In this document: positions 27,601-39,600 of the stretch, piece after piece
How the letters are laid out: every line of letters starts with the position of its first letter
Position numbering within the stretch: position 1 is the first letter of the stretch
Source of the DNA: Botryllus schlosseri
Taxonomy: Eukaryota
Assembly (NCBI GenBank): GCA_051294905.1
Contig: CM119379.1
Coordinates: 10,664,001-10,728,000 of the forward strand
DNA length: 64,000 nt
Reading direction: 5' to 3'
The notes under the pieces: generated by a model
Database searches by the model: none
What the model saw: the letters and a program-made list of their open reading frames with translations, nothing else
What the model was told of the DNA's origin: nothing
Program-made: the position numbers and the translations under genes

Positions 27601-30600
27601 GTTACATCGCTCTCCGCTAATTGCGTTTAGCCTCATCGGACAGATATATACATGTTTCTCGTAACACGCTTGGGATTTTCAACCGCACAGTAATGAACTT
27701 CGCCGCCAACGAAATATGACAGGGAACTACTCGGGGAAGGGTATCTTTCGAAATATTACCTTGATACAGAAATTCACTATTCACTATTTTCAGTTATTAT
27801 CAATCGTGTCGCTAATACAGTGGCATTTTACTATTCAGATTGGACGTGAAAGCTATCACGAGCATGGAGCATGGATTGATTGATGGTGTAATCTCGACAT
27901 CAAATATGTGTACAAGGTTGAGAGATATTTTACGGACAGGCGACTGTTAGCGAGCGAATAATACGCATATTATAGCCAAATACTATTCACAATTAAATGC
28001 ATTGGGGTCACTGCATTGGAAATAACTTGACCGCTAACAAAACGCGACACTTACAAACTTACTAATCGCAGATTGGATACAGTATATAAGACCTGATTAC
28101 TTTTTAGCGGATAGTGATAAATGATGAATGATTACCAAGGCAAGCATAGTGGATAAGAGGTTTACGCGGCCGCTTCCAATGTGCCGGCAAAACTGGTCAT
28201 CGAGTCATCGACAGATACTAGGGATCGAAACATGGGCATCGAACTGTCCTAAGCGGAGTGATTCCACAAAGGGACTTTCCAATAATGATTCGATTACTTA
28301 CATCAACAAATATGCATGAATATACAAGAATCTACAAGAAAATAAAATTCCATATTGTTTCAACCTATCAGCGCCAATGAAGACTCGAAAACCACACAAA
28401 TCCGAAGCAAAACCAACCACTTAGCGAAAATATGTGTCAGACATGCGACTAACAGCGATACTCCGTCCCAATCAATACCAATCGCTTTTCGCATCCTGAT
28501 CAAGATCCGAATAAGGGGACAGTGCGACGCGGGTATGCATCATAACTGGGTTTTAGAAATTGGAAGTCAATGATAAAGCTACCCGAAGTGCATCAACATG
28601 GCAATTAATTTCATCAACTTGGCAACTACGGTTTGCAACGAATTTGAAAGACAAATCCGGGCGGGTAATTACAGATGGTAGGCTAGGTATACAGAAGAAT
28701 ATAAGTAGCTAAAGCGCGTTAATTAATGCCACAAATGGATTAGCAAATTTATACTGAAACTTCTTAAAAACTTGGATTTTTCGACAGCCAGTTGGCATTC
28801 CGAACACTATGTCACAAACCATTCGTAATACACTCATTTTTGAGATTGGCGTCAAAGGAACGTTTTCAAATTATCATCATTATCAACAAATCGATCTGAG
28901 GCGCTGGCCTGATATCGATCTACAATATTCGACCCCTACAAACGCCGCAAGCTTGCGATAGAGTGAAAATGTAGCAGGACCTCCAAACTACCAACAAATA
29001 ACCCTTTCCATAAGTCCAACAGTCGTAAACCACCGTCAACCCAGTATGGGTATTCCCCGGCTTAGTAAAATAATCAATAATATCCAATGACTAATACAGC
29101 GACGCAGGAGAAAATGGAGCTAACTCTCACCACAGTGAAATCTCATCTGTTACTAACAACTAGAAATTACAATATCTAAAACGCAGGTGAATTTTCCCGG
29201 CCCCAAGAAACATAGGCAGCGATCGTCAAGCCAAATAGCTTCACATTCCGAATTCGCACCGTGATAAAAAAAACGAAGCCCCATATCCTCGCGACGGTAG
29301 CTTGTAGCATAGGATTATTCACGGCTCATTTGCCCTTTATAATGTTTGTTTACGAGCGCACCGGCGGTCAAGTGGGTCCAGTCACATTTTCGGCTTACTT
29401 TACATTCAGCACAAAGGCCGCGCACATCCAGCATAGACAATTTGACAGATTTACGGTCGATCTACGATTATATTTAAAAGGTAATTGCTCCCGGCGATGC
29501 ATTGCGGCATTATGGCCGATGCAAAACCAACAGTTTCTCATAAAGCTCATAGATTGCGGCTATTGCTATGACGCGGTAGATGGTGCAAATTGGGGGAAAA
29601 CGCTGTGTTGTAGAAAAGTTACTGGAAACAAGAACCTTTTTCAGTAGTCGGGAAAATATCAACAATAAATACCTAATTCTGCGCTCGCGCTAAAACATTT
29701 CTGGCCAATCGTAATAGGACTCATGCCACCTCTCTGTTGCAACTTCTATTTAGATTAGCGTACACTGCTGAATAATATAAAGCCACGGTTTAAAATATGC
29801 GTATCAACACACCAATTCTTATGGAGATTTGTACCAGGGGAGTGGTGGGTTTGTTTCGTTTACCAGCCCACGAAATCCAAAAAGGTGCTACACGGCAAAC
29901 ATAACCTATACCGACCTTGGATATATCTCGATAAAAATTGGTGTGTTAACTGTCATTTGTACCCACTACAAGGGTGTGAGATTATACTTTCATACCTGGC
30001 AGAGCCGTTCACATGATTAGATCCCCACGTTGTGGTGGTAATCTGATAAATACACTTATTTTTCCACCCATGGATTTAGAGCGAGGCTATTCCGCAACGC
30101 TACATTCGCCACATACTCGGAGCGAGTGTGTTTTACTACCTTGACGCGCAGCTCAGCTGAACAAACGTCAGGCGGGGTCAGACCTTTACGACGAGAATTA
30201 AAAAAAGAATCGTGGCCGTTGACTCCTGAAGTACACAAGTAATCGAGCGACTGTGCCGGGCTATCCCACCGCAATTCCACATCAGGCTAACTGCGATATG
30301 ATCGTGCTTTGTGTATAAACTATTAAATAACACAGAAACGCCGAGAAATCAGCTAAAATCATTTGACACGCCTGCGCAATGCTTGCTAATCTACTCGCTA
30401 ATCATGAAAATGTCTTACGCCGACACAAAAACGGTACTGAAAATCACGATTTCGCAGATCAATACGCCGCGCTACCTGCCAAGGAAAGCACCAGTCGATC
30501 TATCTGCATATCTACAAGTCTCGGAAGGCTGACTGCCGATGAAAATGTGTTTTTCAGCCATAGTCAATTGTATGCTTCAAATGGCAGCCACGGGAACGAG

Positions 30601-33600
30601 AGAATATGGAGCGACAAGCAATATTTTACCTTGATCGATTAGCTCGTGAAGAAAATCGTATTAAGAACTTCGAATAGATCGACCTACACCAATAAGGAGA
30701 GATCAACGTACCGTTCCAGTGCCAAATATAATGCATTCTGTACGAAAACACATCGAAACCTGCATTACCATAAAGCAGTTTACAGACTGCGAAAGTTGCA
30801 TAACCTGCCCTACTGATCAGTTATCAAATATTGGGTAAAAATGCAAAGTTATTCAAAAACATGCTATAAACCATTTCTAGTATGGTTCTATTCTCTTAAA
30901 TTTGCATAACAAAGAGCTATATGATGTGTTAGCTGCATGCCACTATTATTTATGACACAATGGCTTGCAAGCAGGAAGTTCAACTACCCCTGCCAAGCAC
31001 GATCGTGCCCGAGCATTATGTAGAGAGATATCTTTATTAATTCTGTTGTTCAAATTTGAGATAGTTTCCCATTTAACGAGCGCTCAGGCGAGACCACCGA
31101 AAATTACATTTTCACATGGTCAATGGTCACCTTTTTCAGGCTATTGATTCTATTAGGTCGCAGAGAGTGAGTTTTTCTGTAATGTCTTGGGTGAAGTTTG
31201 CAGACCTAGGGGTTTGGGGTCTGTTATTTGACTTGTTTTAGGGGGGGGGGGGTATCGCTCTGCTGTTTGGCTTTTTTTGGGAAAATTATTACCGCATTGC
31301 GTAATTTTCTTGCTATGCGCCGGGAAATGGCAAATCAACAAATTTGACAGCTCAGCGGGAACTAAGTTAAACAATGGAACCTTTCGAGTATCTCATACTC
31401 TAATAATTCAATAAAATTGTGAATGCAACTTTTGTTAAAATTAAGTGCAACTTTCTCGCGATTTTAGTGCAACAAAAACTTGCCCTACTGATCAGTAATA
31501 CTAAAGCTGTTATGCGCGGAATCAAGAGCAAGATGTCTCGCTCATAGAAAGATAGCACGAATCACTCTGGACAATTCCAGCATTTTACGTCAACGTGGGA
31601 TGGCAATCGCTGCCCTGCTGTGTAATTCCGCGGTAGGCTACTACTGCCAATCAAGTAGTGTTAAGGAATACTTCGGTTACTAAAAACAGTCTACCAGCAT
31701 GAGTTGAATGACATTCGGTTGACAGTATTAGTATGAGCGGATTCGCCACAATGTAGCTCAAGACGCCAGTGTAATTGTTGGCGGATTTGCGTTCCTAATT
31801 CCAGACTTGAGCTCTCACCAAATTGCGATCAACATTACCATCATCATGTTACGGAATAAGAGCACTTCCAATATAGCAATTTTAAATTTTCAGTAACATA
31901 TGTGTACCTTCCCCCTTTAACCACAGAGCTTAACATATTCTTGATCCTTTCCAAGTCGTTAACATTGATGACGTGGGTAATACGTCACGGATGACCGCGA
32001 AGTTCGATTTTAACCATTAACAGTACGAGATCAAAGGCACACATGTCAAAGGGTCGCGACTGCAACAGTGCAACAGTCATGGAAACAGCTACGTACATCG
32101 ATCGCCCCCACCAATTTAACGATAAGAAATAATCTTAGACGCCATAATAAACTGCATGAATTCCAGGATGCAATCCAGGCTTACCACGTTTTGACCTCAA
32201 CTGACCTTGGTGATGGTTAAAGTCCTGAAAGTATAGGTTCCAGCACAGATTTGACATTTACAAGTCAAAAACCCAATAACACCTTTCACTGAATTTTCAG
32301 AGCTGGCTGAACATTTGGAAAACCAGTAAGCAATAAGCATCTGCCGGTGCCACCATCGGCGGAGTTCCGCTAAATCCCGACTCACGAGGGACAAAACACT
32401 TCAGCCGAAGTACGTTCTAAACTTGCGGCGCAGCGCCGCTTCCAACAAGCCCAAGGGCATTGTAGAATAGAAGTAGGCGTAAACCGTGTTGTTACCACAG
32501 ACCTAGTCGTGACAATATTACGCAATACGATGATAAACAAATGATACACAACTGTCTACAAATACATCCCTTGTGGAGACGGGGCACAACCAAGTTTTTA
32601 CGCGACGAACAGCTCGTTTTCACGCAAGAACTGAGCCAAGCACTTCGCCTCCGAAAAACCTACTCAAGTCGCATTCTTCACTAGCACAATCGAAGTTAAG
32701 CGACATAGACTATTGGCACTGCTTTACTGTTCTCTAGCGCAGATCATGCGTGGCAAAAAAAAGAGTAGCGCCAATTTTAAATGGCGTGCTGCCCGCGAAA
32801 TCGGTTTCTAATATAGCTAGTCTCGTGCGTGTGAGCGAAATTCAAGTGGGCTTAAGACAAGGGTCAAAGACACTGGAATACCCAAAATATGGATATGCAA
32901 ACTCTGCACATGAATTTTTTTGATAAATGGATTCAACTCCCCGAATAGAAATTATCCTCTTCGCGTGAGTTTCCTCCAGTTGTCCCGGATCGTTGTGTGT
33001 GTGTAATAAGATGTCGAACTTTATTGATTAGATTCGCTCTCGTTTTCATTAATGTAATCATTGGATGGTGGGTTTTATAACCTCAAATTCAACGCTTGCC
33101 CGTTAACGTTATATCCGGTAAAGTGTTCATACATTATGCGTGCCTCCTTGTTTATATTTTCTAGGCCAAGGTGGATGAAAGACCACAAGAAGTCATTTCG
33201 GCTACTGAACTAAAGGCTTTGTTCGGCCCTAGGTCCGGCTGCGCACGCCATATCCAGACAGCATGTCTATAAGGTTGAACACCACTGATTCAGTGCATTC
33301 AGTTTACGTGCTGGAAGACGCCACATAGCGTTCCACGCAATCACGCTATTCTCCGACGACACAGCGTCACGGCAGCATTTCATATCCGCATCGATTGCTA
33401 TAATAACAACCTTGCGCGGCGATTTCACTACGGACACATTGCAACGTACAGATTACGCACTCAACCTCTCGAAAGAAATCGGGTATAGAAGTACGGTCAA
33501 GAAAAATCAATACACCTTGACGCACTTGACGCGTTCGAGACGAGCAGACGCATAAATGATTCAGAGCACATCTGCCAATCAATCGCAGCATTTACAATCC

Positions 33601-36600
33601 TAGACCTGCTCCAGTGTATAGTACCATAAGGTGCGACATGTCTTATCTCGGCCAATATATAGCAGGCCCTACAAGTGGGTGGTGTCTGCGTTTCGCATCC
33701 CGTGTATTCGCATTAATTGTACAATTTCTATGCTCAAGATCAACAGCACAAGTACATACAAGGCATCCACTTCACTTCTCGAATCTAGATGCTAAAGAGA
33801 CCAGTCTTCTACCTTGCCATATACGCGACATTAAATTCTAGTCTTTGTTACCAACTAGATTCAACCTGGCCGGACAGCAATGTTATTGACCCAGCGACCC
33901 TAGCTCGGAGAAACCATGAAGAATATAGGCATTCTTAGGTTGTTAGCTCTAACGCCGTACCTAACGGTTATTATTGGGTTTCAATGACAAACCCAAAATG
34001 CAAGCTTCGCATCCGAAACCAACACGATTCGGTCAATAAATTACAAAGCTATTGTGAATTAGTTCGCAGGGCCGAGGCTGATGCAGAAGTTATAGAATGA
34101 GTGTTCGGGTCGTGACCCGCGCGTAGATACTTATAGAGCCGTTGTACGCCAATTCATCAACACAGGAAAAGCAGCAAATTGCAACGGAATTCGCTTCAAA
34201 CAACAACACCACGACAACCAGAAAATGTAGCCGCTTCCGCAGCTATACGATCAATCTCTATTCCGGACAGAAATTAGCGAGACAATTTGTAAAGCGCACG
34301 GTTCGCTAGCTAGCAACGGCAAATATGCTGCCGCAAAAACGTAAGGATTGATTCGTAGGTAGGTACCCTTCAAGTAAGTTGCTAGGTAACCCGCTATGGC
34401 GTGTGGCGGGCGGCCCGTGGTCCAGTGATATAACGCGAGGACGGTCAACAAATATGGGATGGTGTTTGAGAGACAACTTACTGCACAAACAGCTGTAGAG
34501 TATCAATCACGACTTTAAAACCCCCACAAGCGCTCGCGTTAAATTCTCATGATAATTATCATTATATTTATTATAATCGGACATAAAACTCAGAAAAACC
34601 TAACCTAACTACAGTTGTATGGACGTGTGCTCCGGGCAAATACATTCTGCGTGTAATGTGCACCAGACATTGGTAGCACCCGTTTTGAAAATATTTTTTA
34701 AACGTTTTCACTTGCTGATCGGGAATAGCAAGCAGTAGGAAGTAATTCAATATTCGTGACCAACTGAACAGGGCAGGCCACATGAAATGCGAAGTGCTAC
34801 TGTGTAATGAATTCCCGTAGAGGCGCGCGGCAATCTTTCATAATCATCTCTAATACGGGATAAACCCTGCTTCACTGCCTAAGACTTCTCGAGTACATCC
34901 AAGTGCATCTGATAACATTCTCAATCGTCCTAAACCTTCAGACACCACGGGTAGCTAAAATAAAACACGCGATCACACTCGCCGGCCAGATTCGAGCGGA
35001 AGAGACAAGTCAACGCGAGCGATGCGTACCGGGAAATATAGTTGTATTGACTAGATAAAGATCGCGCATTGTAGAGTCCGCAATACCGCGAATTCCGTCT
35101 ATCAATCGCGAATGACGCACGCGCGAAGGCGGAATTTTCAATAACGCCAATCAATTCAATCGATCGCTAACATGCCGAGTCGAGAGAACATCCCGACTTC
35201 GAATCAATCGCATTGCGACGCATGTAATGCGGACGCGCGACATATGCCGCTCCCGCGTATTTACAACAACCACAGCGCGATCTGGTCACTGCGAAACGCG
35301 GGACTGATGTCGCATTTCACGGGGCGCATGCGACGGCGCGTTTCCAAATTCGAATCGATCGCGAAATTGGGATAACGGGTTATTGACCCAGAGCGTGGTT
35401 TGGCGTTTTGATTACGCTATGGTAATGGCGCGAAACCCGCATCGGTATTCTTGTGTGAAATCTATACAGCTGCTAAGCTGCTTAAAGAACAATATTGCAA
35501 GTGCGTCCGTATGACGGCAATGCGCTGGCTAGTTTAAAAACTGGAAGATGTATCTTCGCGACGGACGAAAAACGACTACCGACGATGGAAATGGGTGCGA
35601 TCTTCGAAAATATATTCGTTACCCCTATCCCAGAGCTATTTCAAGCGGTTCATCTGACCATTCATCTCATAAAAGCGATGTAACCCAACCCAAAATCAAT
35701 TTCACTTCTCAAAATCCTAACTGTAAGCGATAATCCGAAAGCACGGACACTTCGACATTGCTATAATTCCAGACCAAAATATTCGATACCGCGCGATAGC
35801 TCCAGCTCCAGCCCCATTTCCACCAGGGATAACGCCGCGTTTCATGATGATGCATTTGAACCATTATCTGATGTATATAATCTCCCAATTACGCGCCTAA
35901 ATATAGCTAAACGACTGATCAAAAGGTAACATGTTAACATTGCTACTACCACCACATAACCAACAAAATCGGGCCATGCCGCTCTTATCACAAGACCCAC
36001 GTTGAAAGATATTGTAGATATTGTTAAGTTGCCAAAAACTCATAGAACAATCATATCATATCATGCGGTCTCTCGACTCTAACGTTCGAGCCTATAAATA
36101 CTGACACATTCGCTTCAATAGACACTGAACCAGGGGCGCTTATCCGCGAGGCGCGACTTTTACGCCGCCTGATTATAGTGGACACATGGAAACAATGCAT
36201 CGCGCTTTTAAAACGAATCATTTATGTTCTGTTTCGTTGTTGTTTCAAACTGGCGTTCGGGCCGAAATCCCACCTCCCCATACTTCAATGATTTGATAAT
36301 ATATCCCGACGGGACGGGCGTGGTAACGGCTCCTCGTGGGCCATGACCTCGTGAAAATATCCAGAGTAAGCCAAAGCGAATTTGCCAGATAGGAATGGCG
36401 ACAAGGCCCAATCGATATTACGTAATCTATAAATGAAAACGTTGCGTGGCCCCGGTTTTGTCTCGTCATAGTATGAAGCGATAGCCCATAGCCGCACAAT
36501 GGAAATAGTTTTCGAAAACTAACGTTACTGTAGCGATCACAATTACGATACTTTCACATGATAATGGCGAAGTAACCGAAAACCAAAATAATGAAAGGCG

Positions 36601-39600
36601 ACTCTATTGTTCCAATCTTAGGCTACAATCTATAAATATAACAGCCCAGATCGAGTACCAAACAACGATTATAATACCATTGCAAGGTTAGCCAAAATGG
36701 AAGTGAAAAAATTGATTGACCAACCACACCACAATGCCAAGTTCGCGTAACAGTCGTACGCAGAAGGCTTATTCGCGAGAGGTAAGCACTAAGCATGGGT
36801 TTCAATTTGAAATGAGAGCTTGCGAAGTTGGATTACAATTAGGATTCAGGCATTGGGATTTGGGGCCTTTTTTAACTTCAGAAGTGGGCGAAAGTGATCC
36901 GCATCCCAAATTTCGCGGTTAGGCTACTCGGAATGTTTGGGTGCCATCAACTTTTGATCCCTGTCGGAGGCGACCTCTATAATACGAATGACCGGATGAA
37001 CAAGAAGACCTAATTTCGACGCAAGTACGGTTAGGCGAAACAGAGTACATGAGAGATTCGATTCTATCGAGCTTAGGCTTCTAGTCGAGTCGATAATTTG
37101 AGTATCACCTGTTATGACGTCATAAGAGTATGAGTGACGAGGGAAGTTCGAATATGTACCTTTTATTCGACCAAATATGAATACAAATCCAGTGCTGCAT
37201 CAAAATGATTTCACAGATATGCAATTTCCATCACCGTGCGTAGCTTTGTAGTAAGGTGCATGTTTCGTAAGCTGCGATAAGACTAATCGAGGTTTCATCG
37301 ATTCCACAATGGAAAATTGTATGGAAACTACGATCACCGTCAATAAATTAACTATTAGTGGTAATTGGCGTATAATTAAAGTACTCGCAATCGCAAGAAT
37401 CGTATCTCACTAGCACTGGTAACAAGGCGTTCTCGAATCGGAAGCTCCATTAAAACGACACCTACGGGAGTCCACGCCAACAACCCTGTCCCGTGACAAC
37501 ATAAGAACACAACACATTGAAAAGAACAAGCTTCCCGGAACAGCGGATACCCGTACCGTGAACCGTGATCGTAATAACGTCAAAATATCGCGTGATCGAA
37601 CAGGTAGCCAGAGCCTATTATCGCATATTTGGTGTCTCATAAACGACGAGCAACTCCAAGGATGGAAACGTATCGACTACCGATCACTAGCTGGCACGCC
37701 GCTACTGCAATGACGTCAAACCAGATCATATATCATACGCATTTAGTCTGCGCCGCTTAGATGAGGCGTTATTGGTTACTAAGAGTGGTTCCTAAGGTCA
37801 CGGGAGCGATCATGTCTCAACTGAAAGCTTATTACTGCAACATTGCGACCGCTGTCACTTTCATCAGCGTTTCCATTCATAAGAACAACAACATGATTGA
37901 CGCGCGTGCGTTTGTGCGACGTCGCGCTAGCTTTGTTTCTGTGGCAGATAATAAGCCTAGTATTTCTGTGAAGTCTGGGATGCATCGGCTTACGAAAAAC
38001 AAGTGTATCGGATCAGATCCTGTTATTATGGTATGATGTGACACGGAGAAACTGGCAAAAAAATTTAGAAGCTCATAAATCACTAGCGAAGCTGACAATT
38101 GTACAATGTAAGGTACATGCACTGCAGTGTGGGTACGACCAAGTTCCAATTGTCGGTGATGCTGATGCATAACCGCATTAATACGGCATGCGTAGTCAAA
38201 CATGCGTCTGAACATTGTCGTTGTAATTATATAATCATGATTACAATTATTGGTTGATGGTATGATTCCATTATATTAATAAGTTTGTCAAGGCGTGGGC
38301 ACAGGGCGTCGAGTTTTATCTTCAGATTAGTGGAACTGATCCGGAACGGATATGTCCCGGATTGAAATAACGGAGAAATGAAATTAGAAGGAGTGCTTCG
38401 TTAATTCAAATTCACTGAGAGTGAGAGGAATTGTATTTGTGCTTGCGAGTAGCGTGAAAGCTGTATTGCGAGAAACGCCGTGTCAGTTTCGTAATGGTAG
38501 CTTTACTGAAAAGCCGGCAATGCAGCTCGATTCGAAGTGATTTCATCCGAATTGCTTGTAGTGTTATATCAGTTGTAGCGTTTGACAATACTGCGCTTAA
38601 CCCCAAATCTTCGAAACGGTCGTCAGAAGTATGTTACGTAAATTGCTACATCTTGCAGAAATGGCGTACTTGGACTCATGAAAGGGATCTAGCACCCGCC
38701 TAATAACAACCAGCATACTGCAAGACACCAAAACAAGGACGCTTCGAAAACTACGACACTGTCGATTTCTCTGCTTACGTTTATAATCCCGACAGCCAAG
38801 GCAGATTTTTTTTGTTCGTAGACACAAAATGATACATAGATCTACTCATCTGCATGCAGCATGTAAATTAACCACACGATCAGTTTCGACACCTATCCAC
38901 GCGTTTTTCAGCATGAATCGTTGACGAATTTTAGCAACACCGTTGCAGACTTGTAAATGTTCGCAATCCACAGCATAAAACAAGTGTGCAACTAACCGAA
39001 AATTCTACAATAAGGAAAAAGCACGTTTTACTTGAAGAGTTAACGACGGTCCCTAATCCATTGTCGGATTACGAGCGAATGCGAACGGTGCAGATCAAAT
39101 CTGATAATATAGAAAAACACGAAAGAATCGCAAGCCCGTCTCTATCATGAGCAATACATGACGCACGCTTCAAATCGCAGCGAAAACGCGCGGATTTACA
39201 GAAACGAAACCGACAAATTGACTTCGCTCCAAAGCTGATATGATCAGGCAGCTGTAAATCTACCGCGAACAATAACTAATATCGGACACGCGAAAAAAAA
39301 ACTACCTGCGCTGTAAGTGCAACCCGCTATGGAGACCATCTGATAAAAATGCGATCGGCGTTATCGTTTCGCTAAAATTGGTACCGAAAGTACTCTCTCT
39401 GGAACATAATCGCCTGCACTCCGCGTAAGAGAGAAAATCTATCGCGCAATTTACCGCTATTTCCGAACAAACTCGTAACGTTGTCCCGAAAACATGCACC
39501 GAAGAAGCTTGTACTACCGTGACCCGGCGGCTTTCCAAATACAGCATGAAGATCGGAACAAGATGCCATAACAGGAATGTTTACACTGGCAACGTAGCGT

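Noticed and set aside
31222-31233. Poly-G run
   Set aside because: Simple homopolymer, prone to sequencing error; no structured G-quadruplex array around it.
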